The notes under the pieces: model-generated
The model's database searches: none
What the model was told of the DNA's origin: nothing
The model's input: the letters and a program-made list of their open reading frames with translations, nothing else
Program-made: the position numbers and the translations under genes
Part shown: positions 11,412 to 24,869 of the stretch, piece by piece
How positions within the stretch are numbered: position 1 is the first letter of the stretch
Layout of the letters: each line of letters begins with the position of its first letter
Assembly (NCBI GenBank): GCA_043228905.1
Contig: JBHGNT010000011.1
Span: 4,836,001-4,900,000, forward strand
DNA length: 64,000 bases
Direction of reading: 5' to 3'
Source of the DNA: Azolla caroliniana
Lineage: Eukaryota; Plantae; Polypodiophyta

Positions 11412-14400
11412 ACACTAGAAATGGAAAGAGAGTTTATATTATAAGAGAGAGCAAGGATTACAAAGAGTAGGCTAAAGGGCTACAAACTGGTGTTGAACCG
11501 AATGAGTTGTGATGAATGAATAGATACCTATTTATAGGTCCTTATGGAGTATTCTAGAATGTTCTAGAATGTTTTAGATATTTATGATGTTGACTATAAT
11601 CATGGAATATCCTAGAATGTTCTAGAATACTCTAAATATCTTGTAATAACTAATAATACATTTATTATAACTATACATCATATATGTTATTATAATGGTT
11701 AAAGGTGTAACATATAGACCAAGACGTCTTGGGCTCGAATCCTTATAAGGCTAGAATGTATGTCTTCATGACATTATTCCCCCCTTTTCGACGACGAGTT
11801 CCACGAGTCGGAAGAAAAGATTTCGGACTTGGCATATGGGGATATTTGTTGTGAAAAGCAGCAACTATTTCGGAGGCATTAGCAAGATTCTCGAGAGGTT
11901 CCCATGTTCGATCATTAGGTGTATATCCTAACCAGTCAACCAAATAATACAGTTTGTTGCGAACGATCTTGGAGTCGAGAATGGCAGCAACTTCATATTC
12001 GGAGCCATACGAAACTTCGATTGGAGGTGGGGGAGATGTAAGACGGCCTGGAATAGAGCTGGTTGTGTACGGCTCCAAAAGTGAAACATGGAAGACCTGG
12101 TGAAGATCAAGGCGAAATGCCACATCATTGATCTTACCAGATATCACATATGGGCCAAAACGTTGATAATCCGATTTTTAGCAAGGTCAATGGGTTGTTT
12201 TAATGCGACCTTGTAAAAGCCATACTTGATCTCCCACTTGAAACGTAGTTGATGAATCACGTCAATGACGGTCGGAAACCTTCTTTTGAGTGTTTTGAGC
12301 ATCACATAAATGGTCCAAAAGGATATCTTGAACTTCTTGGAGTCAGGGGAGCCGATCTTTAGCTGCCGGGTTTGTCAGGAGTTTGAGATGTTCAAGCATA
12401 GTCCAACGAGGATGGTACCCAATGTTTGCAAAAAATGGGGAATATCTAGTAGAAGAATGTTCTGAGTTGTTGTAAACAAATTCCGCCAAATGTAATAGAT
12501 CAACCCAATCATCTTGTTGATAGTTGACAAAACAATGAAGATATTGTTCTATTGTTTGGTTGGTGCGCTCACTCTGTCCGTTAGTTTCTGGATGGTAGCC
12601 GGAAGAGAGTTTGCAAGAAGTATGTAAGAGTTGGACCATGTGCCGCCAAAATTTTGAGATGAACTGGGGACCTCGATCATTGATAATATCATCAGGAAGA
12701 CCATGAAGCCGAAACACCTCTCGCATGAGTAACTTGGCTGTCTCTTGGCTCGTAATGGCCTTTGTGCAAGGATGAAAATGTGCCATCTTGGTAAAACGAT
12801 CTACTACTGTGAGAATAGAATCAAAACCCTTGGAAGCTGGTAGATTCATAATGAAGTTCAATGAAATAGATTTCCATGGACTCTTAGGAATAGGCATTGG
12901 ATGTAATAACCCATATCGATGATGTCGAGGTTTTTTGGATTGGCAACATGTATCACAACTACGAACATAATCCGTAACAAAATGGCGAAGTCGTGGCTAC
13001 CAATACCTTTGAGAAATTAATGCCAAAGTCTTGTGGATGCCGAAATGTCCAGCCATTGGTGTGTCATGACATTGTTGCAAGATTTGGCATTGAGAAGGAC
13101 CATTAGGCACATATAAGAGATTTTGTTGAAAAAGTAAATCATCATGCCAATTGAACTGGTTGTAGTCTTGACGAGGATTTTGAGATTGTGAACAAGAAAC
13201 AAGATCTGGGATAATATGGTTCAGAATGTCTTGGGTGAATTCATCAGTCTCAATATGCTCCGAATGGAGTCCAGAAGATTTGAATCCCCGGATGTGTTTA
13301 TAGCGTGAAATGCCATTAGTCGTAGACGGTTAGGACCGAAGAGGATTTGCTTTTGATTTTCAAGTGCGACCTCTCCTGGTTAAAGTTACATATATGAACG
13401 CCGAGATAAAGCATCTGCTTTTCCTTGTTGCGTCCTAGGGCGATATAGAATTACGAAATCAAAACGAGTTAAGAACTGCGCCCAACGAGCTTGTTGATGA
13501 CTCAAGACTCGAGCACTTTGGAAGTACGTTAGATTTTTGTGATAATTATAGACAATGATTTGTTGAGACGAACCCTCCAAAAAATGATGCCATTGTTGAA
13601 AAGAATCCACAATGGCAAAAAGTTCTTTGTCGTGAATCTCATAGTTGATTTCTGCAGCTTCGAATTTCCGTGAATGAAAAGCCACAGGGTGTAGTTGGCC
13701 ATCATTGCTAATCTGGGATAATACGCTTCCTAGTGTGAAGTCGGATGCATCAGCTTCGAGTATAAAGCGCTTCAATGGATCAACATGCATCAAAATTGGT
13801 GCAGATGTAAATGCTTGCTTTAATCCTTCAAATGCAGAGTTTGCATTTATACTCCACACAAATGGTCGATTCTTTTGTGTCAGTTGAGTGAGGGGCAATA
13901 CGATCTTTGAATAATCTTTGATGAATTTGCGATAAAAGTTTGCGAACCCCAAAAAACATTGTACATCTTGCACAGACTGTGGTGTTTGCCAATCCAAAAC
14001 TGTTTGAACCTTTGCTAGATCCATAGAGATGCCATGTGAAGAGACTATGTACCTCAAAAATTCCACTTGACGTTGGTCAAAATTGCAGTTCTCCAATTTT
14101 GCATAGAGACCATATTCACGCAACCGTTGCAAAGCTTGTCGAACGTGTATATCATGATCCTCTTGAGTTTTTGAGTAGATCAAGATATCATCTAGGTAAA
14201 CTATGACGAAAATATCAAGGAAATCTCGAAAAATGTCATTCGCCATATGTTGGAAAACTGTTGGTGCATTAGTGAGACCAAATGGCATCATTGTATACTC
14301 AAATCGCGAGTACGGAAAGCAGTTTTCCATTCATCCCCAGGATGAATTTGAACAAGATTGTAAGCACCTCGAAGATCTAACTTTATGAAATACTTAGCTC

Positions 14401-17024
14401 CACTGAGGTGTTCCAAAAGGCTCAAAATCAATGGTAGAGCATATCGGTTTTGAATAGTTACTTTATTCAATCCTCGATAATCCACGAACAAGCGCAACGA
14501 ACCATCTTTCTTTATAACGAAAAATATGGGTGCACCGGCAGGAGATCTTGAATGTTGGATAAACCCATTTGCCAAGTTCTCATCGATATATTCTCGAAGA
14601 ACCTCTAGCTCCGTGGGCGAAAGGTTATAAATTGGCCCCCATGGAGGCTCTTTTCCGGGATGCAAATCAATCAGGCAATCAAATGGTCGATGCTCTGGTA
14701 GTCTATTGGCCTTCACCTTATCAAACACATCGGAGAATTCTATATATTTCTTCGGTAGTTGGACCCCCGATTCTTGTGAGCTCGATGTGGGAGTTGCTAA
14801 AACTGCAAACACCAACATGTCTTCCTTCCGTCCTTCCTCACGTAACTAATATATAGAGATTGTCGAAATCTTTTGGAATATCATATCCTTTCTTGGAGTT
14901 TTAAGAGACTCAGACTATATTGTGAGCTCTTCAATGGTTCTTTTTCTCCAATCAATAGTTGGGTTATGTAGCTCAAACCATGGAAGATCAAGAACTAGGG
15001 AGTGCTCTGGACTACTAATGATGTTGAATGAGATGACACTAGCCAAATTGCATAGGACTACACGAATTGGTTTAGACTCTTCAACTATATCACCTGATGC
15101 TATGGGGTGTCCATCAATGACTTCGACAGAAACTGGGCTTGGGAGCTTATGCAACTGAATATTATGCATTACAGCAAACTCACGATCCATGAAACAAGAG
15201 TTGGCTCCAGAGTCTAAGAGGGTTGAAGCTGGGACTTGATGGCACCTAAATGTGTTAAGCTCAACTTGTGCAGAGAAAACTCGACTAACTTGACCGGATG
15301 AAATGGAACCACAACTAGGGATGAACGTTACATGCCTAGGGCTGTCCAACCAAATGGCTCCGATTTTTGCCAAACTTACTCATTTAACACATCATCTAAT
15401 TGGCTCAAGACATCAAATGTATTTTTATAACAGGGACTACTAGGCCTACTTGGGTTACGAGAAGGCGGGGCAGAAATTGAGATGGGATTGTCATGAGCAC
15501 TTACTTGGTTAACTTGTCGTCGTGGTTTATGTGGACAATTCACAACAATATGCCCTAGACCACCACAATAGAGGCATAGACAATTCGTTCGCCGTCGTTG
15601 CTTTTCAACATCTGGTAATGGTCCTCGACGTCGTGTTGTCTCGGTGTCCATTGGAGTAGGGCCTTCAACCACACTTGACTTTGATACTTGGGGTGGAGTT
15701 GCGACCACCGAAGCATATGTTTTTTGTTGGTCGGAACTATAACATTTGTTGGCGCTCAGAATGCCGCTCAAATAAGTGATTCTCACATCACACGGCCCGG
15801 TTTACTGCTTCAGTAAGAGATTATGGATCATCAAGAAAGGTAAGAAGTAAATCCTTCACATCATTGCGTAGAACTTCACTAAATTGGTCCAGTAATGCCG
15901 CCTCGTCCCATGGAATATCACATGCTAGAAGGCGAAAATCTGCAGCATAAGCGGAAGCAGGACGATCTCCTTGTCGTAATTGTCGAATTTTGTTTATTGC
16001 GGTCCTCATACTATCGGTGTCTCCAATGTTGTCTTAGAACTCATTAATAAACCTTTCAAAATCTTCTAATAATTGTGAGTGCTTCTCTAGGAGTGGTGCA
16101 AACCACGCTAATGTGGTACCCGTTAACAAGGTACCAACTAGTCCCACACGAGCAACATGAGTTGGGTAACGTCTAGGATGCAATTTAATCACAAGCCGTA
16201 CTTGATTTTAAAATTCACGAAATTGAGACATTGTGCAATCAAACTTGGCCGGCAGACTAATCTTGGGTTCCTTCGGCGAGGTTTGAACTTCTGACACTTA
16301 TCGTTGCAATAGAGTACTCTCCAATTGATGCACCCGTTGAGATAATTCTTCATATTGTTGTACTTTCTCAACACTTACTTGTTGTAGGTCTCCCAACAAT
16401 TTTTTATTTTCATGCTCCAGTGCCATGAATTTGGTTGTTAGCATGTCGAGCTTGGAGAGAACACGCATATATTCTTGCTTGCTGTTGAACTCCATAGTTA
16501 CGAGAGAAAACTGCTAGATTTGCTTGAATAAGGTTAAGATAAGAAGAAGTTGGGGAAGAAGAAAAGAGAGATATTCGGTTCAAACTGTCGAGACTTGAGA
16601 GTAGGAGAGAGAAAGATAAGATTACGATAGAAGGTATACATAGAGAGAGAGAGAGAGAGACAACACTAGAAATGGAAAGAGAGTTTATATTATAAGAGAG
16701 AGCAAGGATTACAAAGAGTAGGCTAAAGAGCTACAAACTGGTGTTGAACTGAATGAGTTGTGATGAATGAATAGACACCTATTTATAGGTCCTTATGGAG
16801 TATTCTAGAATGTTCTAGAATATTTTAGATATTTATGATATTTACTATAATCATGGAATATCCTAGAATATTCTAGAATACTCTAAATATCTTGTAATAA
16901 CTAATAATACATTTATTATAATTATACATCATATATGTTATTATAATGGTTAAAGGTCTAACATATAGACCAAGATGTCTTGGGCTCGAACCTTTGTAAG
17001 GCCAAAATGTATGTCTTCATGACA
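11305..17024 (-). mobile_element. Full-length degenerate Ty3/gypsy chromovirus A (Tcn1/Tf1-like, self-priming)
   Basis: LTRs 11305-11773 and 16586-17024 (TG...CA) with 5-bp TSD CTCGG. Gag CCHC, PR LLDSGA, RT YLDD, RNaseH, integrase and chromodomain (YEVAAILD...YLVDWLGY...TWEP). PPT at 11774-11788. Confidence 0.95.
11552..11569. promoter_or_regulatory. Heat-shock element in Gypsy A LTR U3
   Basis: TTCtaGAAtgTTCtaGAA, four alternating nGAAn units ~15 bp upstream of the TATA (11529-11536). A second cluster lies at ~11610-11637, and both recur in the 5' LTR. Confidence 0.65.
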
Positions 17025-20000
17025 CTCGGTTGCTACATCGAAGAAGAGGGGAAAGTCATCGAGAACACCAATGAAGTCGGAAGGATACAAGGATACAAGG
17101 TCGAGTTAGACATCGACCTATGCCACAAGAAGTTCGTCCATGTTAACTTCCCACAGCTTTGTGAAATTTAGATGAAGAACATCGTTTTCAGATTGCCGAA
17201 ATTTAGTGACGGGAACGACGAAGTCTGCAAAGCCTGCTCGGCAAGCAGCACCGACTTCCATTCCCCAATGAGCATAATTGGAGTTGAAGTCCGCTCGATC
17301 TGATCCATTCGGATGTATGGGGACCAACACAGAACGTGAGCATCGGAGGAAGCCGTTACTACGTAACCTTCATCGATGGCATCACTCGTCACACTTGGGC
17401 GTGCTTGATCGCGAAGTCTTTGCGTGTTTCCTGAAGGTGAAGAGCGTTGCGGAAAGGGAAACTGGGCTAAAGATCAAGTGCCTAAGGTTCGATGGTAGGA
17501 AGGAGTACTTCTCCGACCAGTTCCTGAGTTATCTACAGAAGGAGGGAATTCAATGCGAATTCCCGTGTAGATACACACCGCAACAAAACGGCGTGGCCAA
17601 GAGGAAGACTTGGATGATAGAGGAGTCGGCAAGGGCAATGCTTGAAGATAAATATCTGCCGAAGTTCTATTGGGCTGAAGCAATCAGAATAGCCGTCTAC
17701 CTCCAGAATCGGGCATCTGCCAATGGAGGGGTGTCGCCACATGAGTTGTACTTCAAGAAGAAGCCGAACTTGGCACACTTGAGGGTTTTTGGTGGCATCA
17801 TGTATGTGCATGTGCCGAAGGAGAAATAGAGGAAGCTGGATGCCAAAGCCGAGAAATGTATCTTGGTTGGTTACTTAGACGAACAGAAAGGTTATAAGTG
17901 TTATAATCCCCGAACCAAACAATCTCGCCTAAGTTGTGATGTTGTGTTCGATGAGTCTGCATCGTGGTACTTGCCTTTGCCTCCAACCCTTGAGGAATCC
18001 ATTCCGATCTCTAACGAAGAGGTCAAAGAGGCTAACATGCCTCAGGACAAAGGAGACATTGGAGCTCTTGATGAGAGTTTGATCTCATTCATGCTAAATG
18101 GGACGAATGAGCGATTGAGTCGGCAGGACCAGTCAAACACAGAGCCAACGAGTAGTGGAGACTCGGTCGTGCATTCCCCGCGTAAGAAGCCGAGGAGATG
18201 GTTTATGTGGAAAGAGAAGGGAAAGAAGAAGATTCCGGAGTACGACATTGATAAACACGAATCGGATCGAAGCAAATCCAACTCCGAGAAGAGCGAAAAC
18301 GAAGTCCATGTCGACCAAGAGGGCCTCAAAATCGGCTAATGAGCAATTACGCCGATCTACCAGCTAGAAGAAACCGGTGGTGCAGTTCGGATCCAACGAG
18401 TACATGGCACATCATTATGCGTACATGACACGAGTGGCGGAAGTGCGTGAGACGGAGAGCTACGCAGAAGTGGCGAAGGACGCAAATTGGCGTGCCACAA
18501 TGGAGGAAGAGATGCACACATTAGCGGAAAATGAAACCTATCACCTGGTTGACGCCTCGAAGGGTGTAAAGCCGATTGGATGCAGGTGGGTGTACAAGGT
18601 CAAGTACAACACCGAGAACTCGAGTCAACTGCTACAAGGCCCAGTTAGTGGCGAAGGGATATACACAACAAGACGACATCAACTACGATGATACCTTTGC
18701 GTCTGTCGCAAATATGACAACCGTCCATGTTCTGCTTGCGGTAGCCGCGGTAAATGGGTGGCATTTACATCAGATGGATGTAAAGAACTCGGTGGTATGC
18801 CATCTGCAAGAGTCCCTCTACGAACTAAAACAAGCCCCGTGCATGTGGAACACGAAGATCATGCAACGCCTGCGTCGGCTAGGGTTTGCGACGTCCAAAT
18901 CGGACTCTTCATTGTTCGTCCGTCAAGGCTGACATGGACCGGTTAGTATTTTACTTTATGTTGATGATTTAGTCATCGTCGGTGCGGACCTAGATGAAAT
19001 CGGTCGCGTAAAGTCCCAGCTTGCGGCATCATTCGACATGAAGGACCTAGGGACCTTCATTACTTCCTAGGGATCGAAGTGATCTGCACCCCCGAAGGCA
19101 TATTGATCAGCCAATGATATTATGTGCTGAGTATCCTCTTAAAATTTGGGATGGTAGACTGTAAGTCCTTCTCACTTCCTCTGGAGAGGAACGTCAAGCT
19201 TCACCGAGATTTGGGGAAGGCCTACGACCTGACACGGTTCTGACATATTGTTGGAAGCCTAATTTATTTGATGATCACTCCGCCAGATCTCGGTTACCTG
19301 GTCAGCCTGATCAGTCAATTTATGTTGCAGCCCAAGGCCGAACACCTTCAATGTGCGTAAAGGATATTGCACTATGTCCGCGACACTAAGGATAGGGCAC
19401 TGATATATTGGACCGGTATTGCCGCACAACTCGTCGTCTACTCGGATTCTGATTGGGCCGAAAATGCCAGCGATCGTAGATCCAAATTTGTGTTCGCTTT
19501 CTTGCTTGGGAGCGTTGCGATCGCCTACAGTAGCAAGAAGCACCCGATAGTTGCATTGTTGAGCATGGAGGTTAAGTATCAAGGAGTGGCTTTCGCGACA
19601 TGTGAAGCCATTTGGCTCAAGAGACTACTCAAGGATCTGCAGGTGGAGGTGTCCACTCCGACGACGATCTACTGCGACAACCTCAGCAGCATCCAACTTG
19701 CGAAAAACTCTATCTTCCATGCCCGAACAAGGCACATTGATGGGGTCTACCATTTTGTTCGTGAGTGTTTCCTCTCCGGTGAAGTTGAACTAGCGTATGT
19801 TCTCACGGATCGGCAGACTGCCGACATCTTCACCAAGCCCCTTGGTCTCAACAAGTTGCGGAAATTCTCGGGTGTTCTTGGTTTGCGACATCTCGATGTG
19901 CCAAACTTGAGGGGGAGAAAAAACCAGGAAAGGAGCGGAAATGACCGCAAAGCATAGTCGGATGAAGAATTTGATTTCGGGTCAGCTGAAGAAGCCGAAG

Positions 20001-20789
20001 GCGGAAACAGGGGCAACAACCGAAGGGAAGAGCCGGACCGGAGTCAACTGAACAAGGGGGAGATGAAACCAAGAAGGGCAAGAAGGACAAAACCAAGACA
20101 TGGTTTGATGTGGTTAAGGGCCTGAAGACAGAAGACGAATTGGAGACAGCCAATTCGGGCAAGAGCGGAAACGAATCGGAGACAACCGATTTGGTTCAAA
20201 TGTTCAATTCGAAGACGCCGAATCAATTGAAGGCCAACGGAGGAAAGGGTTGTGGAAGAGGTGCCAACACCGTGACAGCAAGGGAGCTGAGAAAGCCAGC
20301 ACGAGCAGACAAGCCGTTCGAAAGGGTCGAGGCACACGGAATCGGGGTTGAGGAGCGCGAGCAAGGCGTGAAGCTAGGTGAAACTGGAACAAAGATCTGG
20401 AAGAGTAGGCGGAACCTCAAGTTGAGCTCGAGGGGGAGTGTTGAGATACAAGCTCAACATTGGGTGTGTAAACCGGGAGGTCGTTGGATAGATATTCCAT
20501 GGAGGAATATATTTTTGGGAGTTAGGTAGGGGCTCATTGATGAGAATTGAAGTACGTGTCAGTACTTCTGTCAGTCTATATGGACTTGTATAAAAGTGTT
20601 CTCTAAGCACATCCTATGTACAAAGTTTTAGAGTATTATTTTGGAATAGAGTTTTCTGTGTTCTGCTCTCTTTGTCTCTCCCGTGTATATTGTGTTGATT
20701 AAGCTTTCCATTAAACCTTCCTTGTCTCTTGTCTTTTGTGTGTGGTTACCCGATTGTGTTTGTTAAGCTTCCGCACGTATTCTTTTGCA

Positions 20790-21559
20790 AGGTGCCTTTG
20801 TAGGTCATGTTCGGACTGAAAGAGCAAAACTATGTCATCTGCAGAGAGCAAGATATGAACCTGCGTACCCCGAAGGACTACTCCGTTGCCTCCCTTACGA
20901 GCAATAATATCCGTGATCTCATCAATGTAAATCCCAAAAAGAGTCAGTGATAGGGGGAAACCTTGCTTTACACCAATACTGCTAGTGAACCAATTGGATA
21001 AGACACCTGAGCATCATACACACGTGGAGACTTGCTCATATTGTGTGTGGATGGCCCAAATCATATCATCTAATATGTTCAAGATTTTAATCCTACCAAA
21101 CAACCGCTCTCTAGGGACTATGTGAAAGGCTTTGCGGAAGTCCACAAAACAATAGTATAATTTCTTCTTGTGAGCCTATCTGGTCAATTCAGCATCTAAG
21201 TGTTAAGATATGATCAATAGTAGAGAAGGCACGTCTAAAGCTAGCCTGCTCAGGTGCTCGAAGATTTAAGGTCTCCATATAATCGCTAAGCTTTGCTTCC
21301 ATTACTGCACCATATAATTTAGCGAGTGTATGGTCTATCATAATGGTCCTATATGTATTTGGGTCCATGGGGTCCCCTCCTTTATGTCTGGGGGTCACTG
21401 TGTTCATAGTCCACTGTGGTGGAAAACCCTCGGCGAGGGCTCGATTGAAGATTAGCATTAGAAAGGGAGCTAGGCACTCTTGCACATATATGATGTGTCC
21501 TGATCGCAATCCTGTGTGGTCCATGGACTTCTTATGTTGTAATTTCTTTATGACCTTCA
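20790..21559 (-). pseudogene. LINE ORF2 reverse-transcriptase fragment (continuation of 47773-49200)
   Basis: LIFN...W....TP.HKGGD...NTYRTI...QASFRR.FSTIDHI, then VDFRKAF and ADD motifs; joins across TSD CTTCA. Confidence 0.85.
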
Positions 21560-22845
21560 TGTAAAAAGAATAGCATGCGGAAGCAATAGAAAACCGAACA
21601 CAGAAACGCAGGTTTAATGGAGAGCTTGAATATACATGGTACGCGGGAGAGACAGACAGTGAGAGAGAGAATGCACACAAACTCAATTCAAAAAATTATA
21701 CTCAATCTGTACATAGGATGTGCTCAGTGAGCACTTTTATACAAGTCCATATGCTCGTAAGTGAGCTCTACACTAACTCCAAAATATATTCCTACGCGGA
21801 ATATCTTTCCAACGGCCTCGCGGTTTACGCACCGCTATGCCTTCTCGTTGCGCACCTGTTTACACACCTGGTTTAAGCACCCGATCCGGTCTAACCGATC
21901 AATCCCAACCGATCCGATTCTCGACTTGCACAGCCGATCCGGCCAATGTTGAGCTTGTATGTCAACACTCCCCCTCAAGCTCAACTTCAGGTTCCATCCG
22001 CTCTTCCAGATCTATGCTCCAGTTCCTTCTAGCTTCACGCCTTGCTCACGCTCCTCGACATATTCGATTCCGCACGCCTCGACCCTTCCGGTCGGCTTGT
22101 GTGCTCGTGCGGCCCTCCTCAGCTCTGTTGTTGTCGTGGTGTTGGCGCTTCTTCTGCTGCCTTCTCTTCCGCTTGGCCCTCAGTTGATTCGATGTATCCG
22201 AATCAAGCGTTCGAAGCAACTCGGCTTCCTCCGATCGGTTTTCGCTTTCGTCCGAGTTGGCTGTCTCCAACTCGTCTTCGGTCTTCTCGCCCTTGATGGC
22301 TTCGTCTCCCCCACGTTTGGTTGGCTTCGGCTCTTTCTTTCGATTGCTCCCCTTATATCCGCTTTCAGAATCTTCCGCAGATTTGCCCTCGGCTTCTTCA
22401 GTCAATCCGAAATCGAATTCGTCATCCGACTCGGCGTCGCGGTCTTCTGGAACTTCTCTCTGGGTGAAAGCATGAGAGTGGAAACAATTAGCTATGTCCT
22501 TGACATAGCTAATTAGGTATGCAAAAAGCTACCATTGATAAATAGTCATTTTAGCAAAAATCCATCATTAATAAATTAACTATGCAAAAAAATACCATTG
22601 AAAATACTAGAGTGTTTTAATTACATATGTAAATGAGCACCATAAATGTGCAACATAAACGTGCAACATAAATTGATATGTGCACCATAAATTATATATT
22701 GAATTCCTAGGTCCATTATGCATGATCCTTTGCCACATCACGTAGGCCATCTCTAGTTGAGTATTGTGGGTTAGTTGCTACCACTATTGCTAAACCCTAT
22801 TGAGTCCACCTGCCGCCACTCTACACTTAGGGGCCGCTACTGTGC

Positions 22846-23056
22846 GTTCCAAGCATCATCAGTAACTGTTCAATCTGACGGGGTTCTCTTCTCTGTGCCA
22901 CTTTACACTCAGGGGCCACCACTGTGAAGATCGTGTATTGTTGCCACTTTTCGACCCGACGGCGTTAACAACTCCACTGCCGCCATTCTACTCTGAGGTG
23001 CCTTCTCTGTGTGTTCCAAGCATCATCAGTAACTGTTCAATCTGACGGGGTTCTCT
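22846..23056. repeat. 44-bp direct repeat in the transposase 5' leader
   Basis: gttccaagcatcatcagtaactgttcaatctgacggggttctct at ~22846 and ~23013. Confidence 0.85.
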
Positions 23057-23389
23057 CCTCCATTGCCATCATTCTACACTCAGTTGCCGCTACTGTCCAG
23101 TCCTGGATTGCTTCCACATTTCGATTTGACGGAGTTCACTCATCCAACGACAACATTCTACACTCAATTGTCACCATTGGTCGGTCCTGGATCGCCTCCT
23201 GAACTGTTTGATCCAACGGAGTGAACTCCTCTACTGTTCGGTCTTTGATTGCAATAACTTTTCTGTCTATTGTTTATCTTGTGTATTGTTGTGTCTAATC
23301 TTGTGTATTGTGGAATATTTTTGTGTCTTGTTGTTGCCCATAGCCATCTTAAATACTTGTTTTTTTCTCTGGAAATTTAGGGTTTTAAT

Positions 23390-24123
23390 ATGTCCAGCCA
23401 AATGGAAGGGGAAGAAGGGTGTTTAGAATTACCCCTCAATGATCATAAGGATAGGGATGATGCTATCAGGACACAACAAGCCATACGAAACTATTGGGTA
23501 GAAAAAAAAAGGAAACATTGTCAATTGTTGAAGGATACGAAAGCTACACTCAGTAAAGGTAAGGATAGTTTAGCTGAGAATGTAAGTAATGCGACTACCA
23601 TCATAGAGAGAAAGGTTGTAGACTATTTCAATGTTCAAACCAAGCACATCAGCAATGAAGAAAAGAAGGTAGTACTTTATGGAATATTAAATGATCCATC
23701 GATAAAGGACTTAGTTGATTGTGATGGTCTTAATGCAAACATATCATCTATTTTAGTAAATAATCTTCGTAATAGTTTTGTATCCATGAGCAGGTCAGAA
23801 GATGATCTTGTCTTAAAAAGGTCTAGTCTAATGATGTTACTTAATAGTGATGTTGACGATATAAAAAGGTAATTGGTGTTAGTAGAAAAACAATGTACAA
23901 TACAATGAACCGTATAATTTCCTCGGGTGAAGGAACTAGTCTACTAAAGCTAACTACAAGATGTAAGCCAATGACACCCATAACATTTGAAATCAAGGAT
24001 GTAATCACAATGTTTTGGACTAATGAGAGTAGGGTTTCACCCAATAAAAAGGATTTATGCAGGAAACGTGTTGGAAGAAATCAATATGAGGAGCATCCCA
24101 TTCATCTTCTTGATGTACCTCAG
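23390..24123 (+). pseudogene. Transposase N-terminal exon of copy 2 (1-nt frameshift near 23865)
   Basis: The ATG follows an AG acceptor at ~23380. Repairing the A-run gives the HTH-like ..VIGVSRKTMY.. and then SRVSPNKKD..RKR; donor CAG|GTATTT at 24124. Confidence 0.65.
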
Positions 24124-24167
24124 GTATTTACATTTATCTCAACATTTGTTTTGACTCTACACGGAAA

Positions 24168-24862
24168 GTTAATTAGCTCAGTTAGCAGAAAAGCTAATTA
24201 GCTTATCAGTTACATTTACCTCAGTTAGCTACTAGGATAGCTACTACATAGGTAACTCGCTACTCTCAATAGCTACTACCATGATAGCTAATTAGCTATT
24301 CTCAATAGCTACTACATAGGTAACTGGCTACTCTCAATAGCTACTACCATGATAGCTAATTAGCTATTCTCAATAGCTACTACATAGGTAACTGGCTACT
24401 CTCAATAGCTACTACCATGATAGCTAATTAGCTATTCTCAATAGCTAATTTAGTTACTACCGGATAATTAGCTACCAAAATAGCTAACTAGCTACCATGA
24501 TAGCTAATTAGCTATTCTCAATAGCTAATTTAGTTATTACCAGATAATTAGCTACCAGAATAGCTAATTAGCTTTTAGGATAGCTAATTAGCTATTAGAA
24601 TAGGGTTTTAGCTACCATGATAGCTAAATAGCTACTAGAATAACTAATTAGAATAAGTAGTTAGCTAATTAGCTATTAGAATAGGTAATTAGCTACCATG
24701 ATAGCTAATTAGCTACTATGATAGTTAGTTACTCTAGTTATTACCAGCTAATTAGCTACCATGATAGCTAATTAGCTACTAGAATAGCTAACTAGCTACT
24801 AGAATAACTAATTAGCTACCATGATAGCTAATTAGCTACTAGGATAGCATATTAGCTACTAG
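24168..24862. repeat. TAGCTAATTAGCTA palindrome array in the transposase intron
   Basis: Same core palindrome with different spacers (ccatga, actaga, ttctcaa). Confidence 0.9.
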
Positions 24863-24869
24863 AGGAGTG

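Larger units (their letters stand above)
10735..20789 (+). mobile_element. Degenerate 5'-truncated Ty1/copia (gag knuckle, PR, INT, RT, RNaseH, 3' LTR 20439-20789), interrupted by Gypsy A
   Basis: Motifs WYVNCGVSNHMT, YTPQQNGVA, WHLHQMDVKN, YVDDL, SDSDWA and ADIFTKPL, with many stops and frameshifts; PPT agggggag precedes TG. Confidence 0.9.

Noticed and set aside
8663-22461. Single composite transposon bounded by the two visible TIRs
   Set aside because: The TIRs point outward from this interval and belong to separate copies with different flanks (TATA versus CTCT).
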